A DNA stretch of 64,000 bases from an uncultured Candidatus Binatia bacterium (GTDB taxonomy: Bacteria; Desulfobacterota; Binatia; UBA9968; JAJDTQ01): NCBI GenBank assembly GCA_965242525.1, contig OZ251459.1, forward strand, positions 1,984,001 through 2,048,000. The letters are read 5' to 3'. A model generated the notes under the pieces. It was not told the origin of the DNA. It searched no databases and was given only the letters and a program-made list of their open reading frames with translations. This document shows positions 1 through 10,070 of the stretch, piece after piece. A program made the position numbers and the translations under genes. Each line of letters starts with the position of its first letter. Positions within the stretch are counted from its first letter, which is position 1.

Positions 1-63
1 AGGGTCCACCGGGAGCGGTCCGCCGCAAACGGCTACGGAACGAACGGCTTACGGAAGCCACGG

Positions 64-1398
64 CTACGGAAGCCGAAAGCCGGGGGAAGCCGGAAGCCGG
101 GGCGACCACGATGGACTTGTATCATCTGCGTTCGAGCCTGTCAATCTTCTCTGGCTCTGCCCGTCACGGCGCATGGTGTAGATCCGGTGCGAACCCGTCC
201 GGTCCGACGTAAAGGCAAGGAACCGTCCGTCCGGGGCCCAGGACGGGTCTTCGTCGTTGTGGCGGTTGGAGGTGATCATCCGCAGGTCCTTGCCGTCGGG
301 CCGGATGGTGAAGATGTTCAGCACCCCGCCGGACCTTCCCGCGAACGCGATCCGGTCCCCGGTGGGCGACCAGTCGGGCGACGTGTTGTAGGGGCCCTCG
401 AACGTCAGCCTCCTGACCGCGCCGGTGGAAAGCTCCAGGACGTAGAGTTGCGGAGAGCCGTGGCGGTCCGACACGAAAGCGATCCGTTTCCCGTCCGGCG
501 ACCATGTGGGGGAAACGTCGATGCTCGGATTCCTCGTGAGGCGCCGCAGGATGGCGCCCGAGGCGTTCAACAGGTAGAGGTCCAGGTTCTGCTTCGGCTC
601 CAGCGCGATGGCGAGGCGCCCTCCGTCCGGCGCCCACCGGCCTCCCAGGTTCAGTCCCTCCCGGGTCGAGATCGGCGTCTCCCGGTTGGTCCGGAGGTCG
701 ATGCCGAGGAAATGGGGCTTGCCCTTCTTGTACGAGGTATAGACGAGCCTCTCGCCGTCCGGCGCCCAGGACGGGAACAGGTTGATGGTGCGGTTGTCCG
801 TCACCTGCCTCTTCTCGGTCCCGTCCAGGTGCGACACGTATATCTCCTTGAACCGTTTGCCGCCGGTGGACACGTAGGCGATCATGGTGTCGAAGACGCC
901 GCGGGCGCCGGTGAGCTTCAGGATGATCTCGTCGACGAACCTGTGGGCCATGCGCCGCGCGTCCCGGCTCTCGCCCTCATAGGTCTTGCCGATGATGTCG
1001 TCCTGCCGGAACACGTCGTACAACCAGAGTTCGAACCGGACCTTCCCGCCTCCGAGGACCTCGAAACCGCCCTTGACGAGCCCTTCGGCGCCGATGGTCG
1101 CCCAGTCGCGGAAGTCGAATCCGCCCGCACGAATGCCCGTTCTCTGGGGGTCTTCGAGGTACGCGGAACGGTCGATGACCTGGAACCAGCCGGACCGGCC
1201 CAGGTCGTCGGCGATGACGTCGGCCATCCTCCCGGACAGGCCCTCGGCGTCCGGCGCGGCGCCCAGGTTCTTGAGGGGCGAGACCGCAAGCCGGTAACGC
1301 TCGGCCCCGGGACCGACGATGAGGCCCTTGACCTGCGCCGGAACCGGCGCCGGAAACAGCCAGCCAAGCACCACCGCGGTGACGACCCATCTCTTCAT
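64..1398 (-). CDS. tolB: Tol-Pal system beta-propeller protein TolB
   Basis: Signal peptide MKRWVVTAVVLG..., TolB_N-like region, repeated PSWSPDG (PD40) motifs; last gene of the tolQRA run. Start set at ATG 1398 inside ORF 64..1683. Confidence 0.93.
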   Translation of the reverse strand: MKRWVVTAVVLGWLFPAPVPAQVKGLIVGPGAERYRLAVSPLKNLGAAPDAEGLSGRMADVIADDLGRSGWFQVIDRSAYLEDPQRTGIRAGGFDFRDWATIGAEGLVKGGFEVLGGGKVRFELWLYDVFRQDDIIGKTYEGESRDARRMAHRFVDEIILKLTGARGVFDTMIAYVSTGGKRFKEIYVSHLDGTEKRQVTDNRTINLFPSWAPDGERLVYTSYKKGKPHFLGIDLRTNRETPISTREGLNLGGRWAPDGGRLAIALEPKQNLDLYLLNASGAILRRLTRNPSIDVSPTWSPDGKRIAFVSDRHGSPQLYVLELSTGAVRRLTFEGPYNTSPDWSPTGDRIAFAGRSGGVLNIFTIRPDGKDLRMITSNRHNDEDPSWAPDGRFLAFTSDRTGSHRIYTMRRDGQSQRRLTGSNADDTSPSWSPRLPASPGFRLP

Positions 1399-1433
1399 CC
1401 TGTGAAACCTCGTGTGTACGACGCTGCGTCCGC

Positions 1434-2567
1434 TTACCCGGAAGGCGTCCCGCCGTCCAGGTCCTTGGGCCGGAAAGTGAACTCGACCTGCTCGAACTCG
1501 TGCGCATGACTCCTGGGCGGCGGCGGCAGGGGAGTGGCCCGCCGGACCGCTCGCACCACCGACTCGTCGAAGGACGCATCCCCCGAACGCTTCAACAACT
1601 CGATGCCGAAGACCTCCCCGTCCGCACGCACTCCGAAACCCACCGTGACCTCCAGGTCGCCGCGACCGTGGGGCCACGTCCAACGTTCCTTTATGCGGCC
1701 GCGCATCTGGTTGACGTAGGCCACGAACTTCATTCCCCTGACCACGCCGCCGCCGTTGCCGTTGCCGGTCCCCGCAACGGCCCCGGAGCCGTTGCCGCCC
1801 CGCGCGCTGTCGGCGGCCAAGCGCATCTGCGCCCGCTCCCTGGCGGTAGCCACGGCCGCGTCGATACGCCTCTGCTTCAACCTCCGAACCAGCTCCGAAT
1901 CTCCCCCGCGGCTACGCTTCGGCTTCGGCTCGGCGGCTTTCTTGGCCTTGGCTACCTTCTTGGGCTTCGCGACTTTCTTCGGCTTCGCGGCCTTCTTCCG
2001 CGCAGCGACCTTCTCCTTCCTGGGCTTGGCAACCTTCTTGGGCTTGGCGACTTTCCGGGGCTCGGCCAGCTTCCTGGGCTTGGCTACTTTCTTCGGTTTT
2101 GCGACCTTCTTCGGTTTTGCGACATCCTTGGGCTTGGCAACCTTCTCGGGTTTTGCGACCTTCTCGGGCTTGGCTACTTTCTTCTCAGGCGCCGGCTCCT
2201 TCTCCTGCGCCTCCACCTTCGGCGGGGGCGGGACCTCCCTGGGAGCTTCAGCCGTTTCCCGCGGCTCGGGCGGCGCCGGCTCGGAAACGGGCTCTTGCGC
2301 CTCCTGCTTCCGCGGCGGTTCGGGCTCGGGGGCGCCCTTGGGTTCCGATGGCGCCGACCCATCCCCGGCAACCAGGTCCACCGTATAGACGGGAACGGCG
2401 AAGTCCCGCCGCGCGGTGCTCGGCGGCGCCGCCAGCAGGGTCAGGATCAACGCCACATGGAGCACCCCCGAGAAGCAGATCCACCACTTGAGACGATGGC
2501 TGCCGGCCTGGCCGGAGCCCGACCCATCGAGAAAGGTCCGCAGCATCGTCGTCAGGTTTTGCAGCAT
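1434..2567 (-). CDS. tolA: TolA / TonB-family energy transducer
   Basis: N-terminal TM with S-x3-H (SGVLHVALIL), Pro/Glu- and Lys/Ala-rich linker, TonB_2-type C-terminus (SGDASFDESVVRAVRRATPLPPPP); lies between tolR and tolB. Start uncertain (2567 ATG or 2588 TTG). Confidence 0.85.
   Translation of the reverse strand: MLQNLTTMLRTFLDGSGSGQAGSHRLKWWICFSGVLHVALILTLLAAPPSTARRDFAVPVYTVDLVAGDGSAPSEPKGAPEPEPPRKQEAQEPVSEPAPPEPRETAEAPREVPPPPKVEAQEKEPAPEKKVAKPEKVAKPEKVAKPKDVAKPKKVAKPKKVAKPRKLAEPRKVAKPKKVAKPRKEKVAARKKAAKPKKVAKPKKVAKAKKAAEPKPKRSRGGDSELVRRLKQRRIDAAVATARERAQMRLAADSARGGNGSGAVAGTGNGNGGGVVRGMKFVAYVNQMRGRIKERWTWPHGRGDLEVTVGFGVRADGEVFGIELLKRSGDASFDESVVRAVRRATPLPPPPRSHAHEFEQVEFTFRPKDLDGGTPSG
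1925..2185 (-). repeat. 18-bp tandem coding repeat (KPKKVA)n in tolA
   Basis: About a dozen degenerate KP[K/E/R]KVA units in the translation. Confidence 0.85.
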
Positions 2568-2641
2568 CGTTTGCAGTCTCACCGCCAAGGTTCGCAGGAT
2601 CGTTCCCGGAATCCGGGGGATCCCCCCTCCCGGAACGCGCT

Positions 2642-3061
2642 CTACCGATCGGCGAGAGGCGCCGCCATCATGCCGAGCCTCTCGATACCCGCGGCCTTGA
2701 TCTCGCCGATGGCGGCCATCACCGACCCGTAGCGCACTTCACGATCCGCCCTCAGGTAAACGGCTTTCCCCGGGTTGAGCCTTCGATTGGCCTCCAGCTT
2801 GCTTCGGAGCTCGTCCGGGGTCATCTCGTTGTCGTTCAGATAGACTTGGCCGTCACGGGAAATGGTCACGATCAACGGATCTTCCCCGTCCTGCACGGGG
2901 CTGGCCTTGGCTTGGGGCAGGTTGACCTCCACACCCTGCTGGATGATGGGCGCCGTCACCATGAATATGACCAGCAACACCAGCATGACGTCCACGAAAG
3001 GAGTGACGTTGATGTTCGATATGGGCGACTTGTCTCGCCCCTGGGGAATATCCGCCGCCAT
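2642..3061 (-). CDS. tolR: TolR / ExbD family protein
   Basis: INVTPFVDVMLVLLVIFMVTAP signature and LRADREVRYG; ATG at 3061. Confidence 0.92.
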   Translation of the reverse strand: MAADIPQGRDKSPISNINVTPFVDVMLVLLVIFMVTAPIIQQGVEVNLPQAKASPVQDGEDPLIVTISRDGQVYLNDNEMTPDELRSKLEANRRLNPGKAVYLRADREVRYGSVMAAIGEIKAAGIERLGMMAAPLADR

Positions 3062-3096
3062 GGCTCGGGTTTCCTCCCTTCCGGCCGCGCAGGACG

Positions 3097-3837
3097 CTAC
3101 GGTTTCCTGGTGAAATGGCGCTCGGCGATGTTGAGGAACTCCTGGGCGAAGTTTTCCATGTCCGCGGTCAGCTCCCGGATCTGCTGCGCGAAGTGGTTGT
3201 AGGCGATGAGCGCAGGGATGGCCGCCATCAGGCCCGCGGCCGTGGCGATCAACGCTTCGGCGATCCCGGGCGCCACCGCCTGGATGGTGGATGACTGGGT
3301 GGTGCTCAGACCGAGGAACGCGTTCATGATGCCCCAGACCGTACCGAAGAGGCCGATGAAAGGGGTCGTGCCGGAGGTGGTCGCCAGGAAGGTCAGCATC
3401 TGTTCGAGCTTGGTCAACTCGACGCTGGTGGCGCGCTTCATGGACCGGGCCACGTTGTCCACGCCGGCCAGCTCGGTGGTGAGGCCCTCCGACTCCGCGG
3501 TGTTCCGGCGCGACAACCGGAGCAGTTCCTCGTATCCCGCGGTGAACACCTGGGCCACCGGGCTCGTTTCCATTTCCCGGCTGGCTTCGCGTATCGAGGC
3601 CAGGTTGCGGCTTTCCCAGAAGAACTCGATGAACCGGTCCGACTGGACCTTGGCCGCCCGCACGTGCCGGAACTTGTACAGGATGATGCCCCAGCTCACC
3701 ACCGAGAACAGGACCAGGATATACAGGACCCCCTGGACCATGGGACCCGATCCCGTCACCAAGTCGAGTATGCCCTGTTGCTGTATTCTCAAATGGTCGG
3801 GCTGGACCGCCAGTTGGTAGATCGAGAAGTACAGCAT
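3097..3837 (-). CDS. tolQ: TolQ / ExbB family protein
   Basis: TPFIGLFGTVWGIM and VAPGIAEALIATAAGL signatures. Confidence 0.93.
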   Translation of the reverse strand: MLYFSIYQLAVQPDHLRIQQQGILDLVTGSGPMVQGVLYILVLFSVVSWGIILYKFRHVRAAKVQSDRFIEFFWESRNLASIREASREMETSPVAQVFTAGYEELLRLSRRNTAESEGLTTELAGVDNVARSMKRATSVELTKLEQMLTFLATTSGTTPFIGLFGTVWGIMNAFLGLSTTQSSTIQAVAPGIAEALIATAAGLMAAIPALIAYNHFAQQIRELTADMENFAQEFLNIAERHFTRKP

Positions 3838-3940
3838 CGAAACCCTGCCACCTTGAAAAGTTATATGTTTCTTTGTACTTAGTCAATCGGGTTCGCCGCG
3901 GCCCCGCGGACCCGCCGCATCCACGAGGACCCACTTGCCC

Positions 3941-5128
3941 ATGCTCCGCAGCGTTTCGGAACTCGACGTGGAGGGAAAGACCGTATTCCTGCGGGTGGAC
4001 TTCAACGTGCCCCTGGACGGGGACGTCATCACCGAGACCCACCGCATCGACAGCGCGCTGCCCACCATCGAACACCTGGTGGAGAACGGCGCCCGGCTCG
4101 TGGTGGCCTCCCACCTGGGCCGGCCCGGCGGCGTCCCCGACCCACGGTGGAGCCTCGCCCCGGTACGGCGTTACCTGGACGGCAAGGCGTCCCGTCCGGT
4201 GGCGCTCGCGCCCGACTGCGTGGGACCCGCGGTCCGGCGGTTGCTCGCGGACCCAGACGGCGCCGGCATCCTGTTGCTGGAGAACCTCCGGTTCCACGCC
4301 GGCGAGGAGGCCAACGACCCGGAGTTCGCCGCGTCGCTTGCAAGCCTGGCCGACGCGTACGTCAACGACGCCTTCGGCGCAGCGCACCGGGCCCATGCGT
4401 CCACGGCCGGCATGGCCCGGCACTTCCGGGACAAGGGGGCGGGCTTCCTGTTCCGGCGGGAACTGGACTACCTGACGCGGGTCCTGGGCGCGCCGGAGCG
4501 CCCGGCCGCGGCCATCCTGGGAGGCGCCAAGGTCTCGGACAAGATCGGCATCCTCAGGAACCTGATCCCCCGGGTGGACCGGATCCTGGTGGGCGGCGCC
4601 ATGGCCTACACCTTCCTGCACGCCCGGGGCGTGGCCGTGGGAAGGTCCCTGCTGGAAAGGGACTCCATCCCGGCGGCCCGGGACATCATGGACCAGGCGG
4701 AAAGGGCCGGGGTCCCTTTGGTCCTTCCCGTGGACCACGTCACCGCCCGGGACGCCGACGACCATCAGCCTTCGGCGACAAGCGGCTCCTCTATCCCCGG
4801 GGACCGGGCAGGACTCGACATCGGCCCGAAGACGGTCTCCCTGTTCACCGACCAGTTGAAGGACGCGGCCGTGGCCCTGTGGAACGGACCCCTCGGACTG
4901 TTCGAGCGGGCGCGGTTCCGTCACGGCACGGTCTCCGTGGCCCGGACCCTTGCGGCGACGCAGGCCGTCACCGTGGTGGCGGGCGGAGACACGGTTGCCG
5001 CGGTGCGCCTCGCCGGCGTTGCCGACCGCATGACCCATCTGTCCACCGGGGGCGGCGCCGCACTGGAGTTCCTGGAGGGCAAGACGCTTCCCGGGGTCCG
5101 GGCCCTGGAGGTCGAGGCCCCCGCCTGA
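3941..5128 (+). CDS. pgk: Phosphoglycerate kinase
   Basis: [34 protein letters not shown] motifs. Confidence 0.97.
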   Translation: MLRSVSELDVEGKTVFLRVDFNVPLDGDVITETHRIDSALPTIEHLVENGARLVVASHLGRPGGVPDPRWSLAPVRRYLDGKASRPVALAPDCVGPAVRRLLADPDGAGILLLENLRFHAGEEANDPEFAASLASLADAYVNDAFGAAHRAHASTAGMARHFRDKGAGFLFRRELDYLTRVLGAPERPAAAILGGAKVSDKIGILRNLIPRVDRILVGGAMAYTFLHARGVAVGRSLLERDSIPAARDIMDQAERAGVPLVLPVDHVTARDADDHQPSATSGSSIPGDRAGLDIGPKTVSLFTDQLKDAAVALWNGPLGLFERARFRHGTVSVARTLAATQAVTVVAGGDTVAAVRLAGVADRMTHLSTGGGAALEFLEGKTLPGVRALEVEAPA

Positions 5129-5135
5129 TCCCGCC

Positions 5136-5912
5136 ATGGCAAGACGCATGGTCATCGCCAACTGGAAGATGCACGGGACCCGGGAGCAGGCCCGCGCCCT
5201 GGCGCAAGGCGTTCGACGGCTCCTGGGGCGCCGCCGCCGGACCGCCGAGGTCGTGGTCGCGCCCCCCTTTACGGCCCTCGACACCGTGCGGCGGGCCATC
5301 GCGGGAAGCCCGTTGCGCCTGTCCGCGCAGAACCTCCACTGGCAGCCCCGGGGGGCGTTCACCGGCGAGGTGGCGGCCGACATGCTGCGGGACGCAGGCT
5401 GCGCCTACGTGATCGTGGGCCACTCGGAAAGACGCCGACTCTTCGGCGAGACCAGCCGGGACGCGGGGCGGAAGCTCGCGGCCGCCCTGGAGGCGTCCCT
5501 CACGCCGGTGCTCTGCATCGGCGAGACCCTCCAGGAACGCCGCAACGGCCACACCCGGCGGGTCCTCTCCGCGCAGCTTTCCGGCGCGTTGAAGGGCGTC
5601 CCGAAAAGTGCTAATGGGTCCCTGGTGGTGGCGTACGAGCCGGTGTGGGCCATCGGCGCCGGAAGGAACGCGGCCCCGGGCCAGGTGGGCGAGGCCCACC
5701 GCTGGGTCCGGCAGGCCCTCGCCCGCAGGTTCGGAGCGGCAGAGGCCCGGGAAGCGCCCATCCTCTACGGCGGCAGCGTGAACCCGGACAACGCCCGCGA
5801 GTTGGCCGCGGTCCCGGAGGTCGACGGAGTCCTGGTGGGCGGCGCAAGCCTGGACGCGCGGAGCTTCGCCGCCATCGTAAACGCATTCTCGAGCGCCGCA
5901 GAGGACGCATGA
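5136..5912 (+). CDS. tpiA: Triosephosphate isomerase
   Basis: ANWKM, GHSERR, AYEPVWAIG, YGGSV, LVGGASL motifs. Confidence 0.97.
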   Translation: MARRMVIANWKMHGTREQARALAQGVRRLLGRRRRTAEVVVAPPFTALDTVRRAIAGSPLRLSAQNLHWQPRGAFTGEVAADMLRDAGCAYVIVGHSERRRLFGETSRDAGRKLAAALEASLTPVLCIGETLQERRNGHTRRVLSAQLSGALKGVPKSANGSLVVAYEPVWAIGAGRNAAPGQVGEAHRWVRQALARRFGAAEAREAPILYGGSVNPDNARELAAVPEVDGVLVGGASLDARSFAAIVNAFSSAAEDA

Positions 5913-5922
5913 CAGGGGACCC

Positions 5923-6264
5923 ATGATCATCCTGGTCACAACCGTTCATATCCTCGTCTGCCTGGGCCTGATCGTCGTGGTCCTGTTGCAGACCGGCAAG
6001 GGCACCGACATGGGCGCTGCCTTCGGCGGAGGCTCCAGCGCGACGGTCTTCGGCAGCAGCGGCGCGGGCAACTTCCTGACCCGAATGACCACAGGCATGG
6101 CGGTGGTGTTCATGCTCACGTGCCTGACCCTGGGCTATTTTGCCGAGCAGGGACCCGTAACGAGCGTTTTCGACACCGTCACGCCGCAAGCCGAGACCGG
6201 CGCCGCGCCGGCGCCCACGCCCGAGGGCGCCGGGGAGCCCGCCCAACCGCCGGCTTCTCCCTGA
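5923..6264 (+). CDS. secG: Preprotein translocase subunit SecG
   Basis: VLLQTGKGTDMGAAFGGG...FLTRMT; canonical tpiA-secG-tRNA-Leu order. Confidence 0.95.
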   Translation: MIILVTTVHILVCLGLIVVVLLQTGKGTDMGAAFGGGSSATVFGSSGAGNFLTRMTTGMAVVFMLTCLTLGYFAEQGPVTSVFDTVTPQAETGAAPAPTPEGAGEPAQPPASP

Positions 6265-6284
6265 AAGACGTCCACCCGTGATGT

Positions 6285-6371
6285 GCGAGGATGGCGGAAT
6301 AGGCAGACGCGCTAGCTTGAGGGGCTAGTGCCAGCAATGGCGTGGGGGTTCAAGTCCCCCTCCTCGCACCA
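6285..6371 (+). tRNA. tRNA-Leu (GAG)
   Basis: Acceptor stem GCGAGGA/TCCTCGC, discriminator A plus encoded CCA, anticodon arm CTAGC-TTGAGGG-GCTAG, long variable arm, GGTTCAAGTCC T-loop. Confidence 0.95.
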
Positions 6372-6404
6372 CACCCGCTATCATTCCCGCAGACGCCCAC
6401 TCTC

Positions 6405-6431
6405 CGTCATTCCCGCGAAAGCGGGAATCCA
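6405..6431 (+). repeat. CGTC-type REP palindrome (CGTCATTCCCGCGAAAGCGGGAATCCA)
   Basis: Hairpin ATTCCCGC-GAAA-GCGGGAAT; other copies at 27270-27296, about 44581-44629 (with insert), 44697-44723 and 46103-46129. Confidence 0.85.
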
Positions 6432-6452
6432 TCATCGGGACAGGAGGCATGA

Positions 6453-6550
6453 GCGCGTCCTTCGACTCCGCTTCGCTACGCTCAGGACGAACGGAGACAG
6501 ATCTCAGGATGAGGGAATCCATCCCGGAGATCTCGATTGTCCAGATGTCC
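6453..6550 (-). repeat. 42-bp REP-like palindrome with one IS5-like MITE end
   Basis: GCGCGTCCTTCGACTCCGCTTCGCTACGCTCAGGACGAACGG followed by GATGAGGGAATCC...CGATTGTCCAGATGTCC, matching the complete element at 35064-35193. Confidence 0.75.
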
Positions 6551-6611
6551 TAACGGACGGTTCGCGCGAGGCTTGGCGGGTTGACGCAGGCGCATGTGGA
6601 TGCGGTTTCCT

Positions 6612-6911
6612 CTAATGGACGGTTCGCGCGAGGTCGTAGAGCGACGTCACCAGGAAGGCGCGCAGGAACCAGGCGATGACGATGGCCGCCACCGGCGACA
6701 TGTCGATGCCTCCGAAGGCCAGGGGGAGGGCCTGCCTGAGACGGTCGAGGACCGGGTCGGTCAGGTTGCAGAGCGCTCGCACGATGGGGTTGTAGGGGTC
6801 GGCGTTCACCCAGGAAACCACGGTACGCGCCACGATGACCCATACGTAAAGGGTCAGGACCGTGTCCAGGACTCCCGCCACCGCCTCCAGGAAATTGGCT
6901 GCAACGAACAT
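6612..6911 (-). CDS. yggT: YggT family membrane protein
   Basis: SWVNADPYNPIV...TDPVL...GGIDMSP; follows yggS. Confidence 0.9.
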   Translation of the reverse strand: MFVAANFLEAVAGVLDTVLTLYVWVIVARTVVSWVNADPYNPIVRALCNLTDPVLDRLRQALPLAFGGIDMSPVAAIVIAWFLRAFLVTSLYDLARTVH

Positions 6912-6983
6912 GTTTCGCAAGCCTCGATTCTGGCCCCGGCGCCGCGGAGGCGGTCGGTTCCTCCACCGCCGCGGGCCGTTGGC

Positions 6984-7682
6984 CTATCCGGACCGGCTCC
7001 TGGGGCCGAACAGGGCGGTCCCGACCCGCACCAGGGTGGACCCTTCGGCAACCGCTGCCTCGTAATCGTGGGTCATCCCCATGGAAAGCTCGTCCAGGGC
7101 CACGTTGGGAAGGCCGAGCCCGTCGAGGGAATCCCGCAATTCCCGAAGCCTTCGGAAGTAGAGCCGGCTGGCTTCCGGGTCCTCGGAGAACGGCGGCACG
7201 ATCATCAGGCCCCTGACCTTGACGCGCCCCAGACGGGACACGTCCTGCACCAGCGGCTGGAGGTCCTCCACCGCCACCCCCGTCTTGGACCCCTCGCCCG
7301 CGAGGTTGACCTCCACCAGCACCGGGACGTCCCGGCCCCGCTCGCGGCCCTCCCGGTCCAGGGCTTGCGCCAGCCGCAAGCTGTCCAGCGACTGGATGAC
7401 CGCGAACAGGTCCACCGCGGCCCGGGCCTTGTTCCTCTGGAGATGGCCGATCAGGTGCCACTCGGCGCCCTCGCCGACGCCCTCCTTCTTGGCCTGCGCT
7501 TCCTGGACGTAGTTCTCGCCCAGGAGACGCACGCCGGCTTCCACCGCGGCGCGGACCGCGGGCGCGGACCGGGTCTTGGTGGCGGCGAGCAGCTTGACTT
7601 GCCGCGGGTCCCTGCCGTTCCGCTCCGCGGCGCGACCGATGGCCTCCATGACCCGTTTGCAGTTACCCGCGATGTCGATCAT
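6984..7682 (-). CDS. yggS: PLP homeostasis protein YggS
   Basis: LLAATK, GENYVQEA, WHLIGHLQRNK, LSMGMTHDYE, VRVGTALFG. Confidence 0.95.
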   Translation of the reverse strand: MIDIAGNCKRVMEAIGRAAERNGRDPRQVKLLAATKTRSAPAVRAAVEAGVRLLGENYVQEAQAKKEGVGEGAEWHLIGHLQRNKARAAVDLFAVIQSLDSLRLAQALDREGRERGRDVPVLVEVNLAGEGSKTGVAVEDLQPLVQDVSRLGRVKVRGLMIVPPFSEDPEASRLYFRRLRELRDSLDGLGLPNVALDELSMGMTHDYEAAVAEGSTLVRVGTALFGPRSRSG

Positions 7683-7905
7683 CGGACCGCCCCATGCCCG
7701 GCCCCAGCCTCTTCCCACTGCGCCCGGAGCTCCCCTGCCCTTGCAGAACCCGTCTCAATATACCACAGGCATCCGCGGAGTGTATCGAAGCGGTCCGGGC
7801 GCGAGCGAGCCGGCGGCCCGGCCGGCAACCTCGTCCCGCGCCGGCTCCTTACCACGCGGCCCGCGGCTTGTTACAATCGGCGCAAGGCGTCCGGGACACT
7901 GACTG

Positions 7906-9999
7906 ATGGAAAAGCGCATTCATTGGCTCTCGTGGCTCCTTCTGGCGGTGCTGTCGGTGGGTCCCGCCCGGGCTGCGGCGCGGGCTTCGACGGAAGCGGA
8001 GACGGCGTTCGTCCGGGCCTACCGGCATTACGCCGCGGGGGAGCATCCGAGCGCGGAACCCCTCTTCCAACGCGCCCTGTCGGACGCCGACTTCGTCATG
8101 AGGGACTACGCCCTGTATTACCTGGGGAAGATCGCCTCGGACGCGAAACGCCGCGACCAGGCGCGGGACTACTTCACGCGGTTGAAGGACTCCCATCCCC
8201 GGAGCCTCTGGGCCGTGGAATCCCCCTTCGAGATCATCGAACTCGACTTGGCGCAGGAGAGGCACGCCGCCGCGGTCCGCGGGGCGGAAGCGCAACGAAA
8301 GAGGGCGTCCGGAAGAACCGCCCGGTCCAGGGCCGCCTATTACCTGGGCCGGGCCCACGAGGCCGCGGGCAAGGGTCCGCAGGCATACGCCTTCTACCAG
8401 GAAGCCCGCCGGCGCGCGCCCCGCTCCGTGTGGAGCAAACGGGCCCGGGAAAGGGTGCGGGAGTTGCGGCGCAAGCACCCGCAGCGGCTCGGCCTCCGCA
8501 ACCCCGAGCCCATGCTGCGGGAAGCCCGGCTGCTCCGACGGGAACGCGACTACCCGGCGGCCGCGGACCTCTACCGCCGCATCCTGCGGGAAACCGACTT
8601 TCGCCGCCTGTCCCTGGAGGGTCTCGCCGCGGTCTATCGCAAGCTGCGGCAACGGGACGAGGAGGAACGGGTCCTGGGGGAGTTGGTCCGGCGTTATCCG
8701 GGAAACTCCAAGGCCGGTACGGCGCTGATACGGATCGCCACCATCCAGTGGAACCGGGACGACGACGCCGAGGCGTTGGCGACCCTTCGCCGGTACGGCA
8801 AGGAGTATCCCGGCCACCCCGACCGGAACTACGCGCTCTACGTCACCGCCCGGATCCACGAATCCATGGGACGGTGGCAAGAGGCCGTTCGCGGCTACCG
8901 CCGGGCGTCCGCCAAGGACCGCCGCTTCAGCCGGTTCCGCGACGATGCGGCGTGGCGCCTGGCGTGGGTCCATTACCTGAGGTCCGACTACCCCGCGGCC
9001 AAAGCCGTCTTCCGCGAGATCACCCGCAGACCCGGCAACTTCCGCACCGCCGCCTCCTTCTGGGCCGCCCGGATCGCAGAGACGCTGGGGGACCGCGCCG
9101 CGGCCGAGCGAACCTACCGGCGCCTGGTCGAGGACCGGCCGGAGTCCTACTACACGGGCCTCGCGTTGCGGCGGCTGGCCGTCCTCGGCGCCCCCCTGCC
9201 CCATGATACGCCGCCCCCGGAGAGCCGCGCAGGGGAAGGGTCCGGCGAACCGCCCCTAGGAGACCGGGCCAAGTTCCACTTGGCGCGTGCGCGGACGCTG
9301 ACCCGGCTCGGCCTGGACCGGCTGGCCCATCCCGAGCTCGACCGGGTGCGGCGGCACGCCAGGAGGACGCCGGGCCTGAGGCGGTTGCTCATGCGCGAGT
9401 ACGCCCGCGCCAACGCGCACCACCGCAGCCTCTCGCTGGCGCTTCGATCGCCCGCGGTCCCCAAGACGTCGCGGCTCCGCTTCCCCCTCGCCTATTGGGA
9501 CCTGGTCCGGCGGCGCGCCGCGGAGAACGGCGTGGACCCCTACCTGGTGCTGTCGCTCATGCGGAAGGAGAGCCGGTTCGAGCCCGGGGCGGTGTCCCCG
9601 GCCAACGCCCTCGGTCTCATGCAGTTGCTCCACGAGACCGCACGCAGCGAAGCGTCGAAGATGGGACTGCCGGAACCGCGGGAACGGCAACTCCTGGAGC
9701 CCCGGCGCAACATCGAGCTCGGCGTGCACCACCTCAAGGGGCTGCTCGAAACCTACGCCCACAGCCACGCCAAGGCCCTGGCCGCCTACAACGCGGGAAA
9801 GGAGGCGGTGGACCGCTGGAACCGGGACCTCGGGTCCGGGGACGACACCGTGTTCGTGGAGAGGATCTCCTACCGGGAGACGCGCCAGTACGTGAAGGCG
9901 GTGCTGCGGAACTACCGCATCTACAGGAAGCTGTACGGACCCGCTCCGCCCCGGGAGCAACCGGGAGGCTGCCCGGGGTGCGGCGAACCGGAGCCGTAA
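7906..9999 (+). CDS. slt: Soluble lytic murein transglycosylase with TPR repeats
   Basis: Signal peptide, TPR-like helices, C-terminal SLT domain (MRKESRF, ALGLMQL, AAYNAG, ETRQYV). Confidence 0.88.
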   Translation: MEKRIHWLSWLLLAVLSVGPARAAARASTEAETAFVRAYRHYAAGEHPSAEPLFQRALSDADFVMRDYALYYLGKIASDAKRRDQARDYFTRLKDSHPRSLWAVESPFEIIELDLAQERHAAAVRGAEAQRKRASGRTARSRAAYYLGRAHEAAGKGPQAYAFYQEARRRAPRSVWSKRARERVRELRRKHPQRLGLRNPEPMLREARLLRRERDYPAAADLYRRILRETDFRRLSLEGLAAVYRKLRQRDEEERVLGELVRRYPGNSKAGTALIRIATIQWNRDDDAEALATLRRYGKEYPGHPDRNYALYVTARIHESMGRWQEAVRGYRRASAKDRRFSRFRDDAAWRLAWVHYLRSDYPAAKAVFREITRRPGNFRTAASFWAARIAETLGDRAAAERTYRRLVEDRPESYYTGLALRRLAVLGAPLPHDTPPPESRAGEGSGEPPLGDRAKFHLARARTLTRLGLDRLAHPELDRVRRHARRTPGLRRLLMREYARANAHHRSLSLALRSPAVPKTSRLRFPLAYWDLVRRRAAENGVDPYLVLSLMRKESRFEPGAVSPANALGLMQLLHETARSEASKMGLPEPRERQLLEPRRNIELGVHHLKGLLETYAHSHAKALAAYNAGKEAVDRWNRDLGSGDDTVFVERISYRETRQYVKAVLRNYRIYRKLYGPAPPREQPGGCPGCGEPEP

Positions 10000-10070
10000 A
10001 CCCGGCGCCGTCCCGGGTGCGGACGGGCGCCCGGTGGACAAACGCGGGCCGTCCTCTCTATATTGGCGCC

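Noticed and set aside
25-105. GGCTACGGAAGCC-like short repeats at the tolB 3' end
   Set aside because: Short, degenerate and close to the window edge; not enough evidence for a function.
6285-6620. Prophage or island integrated at tRNA-Leu
   Set aside because: No integrase, and I saw no duplicated tRNA 3' end; housekeeping genes resume within 250 bp.
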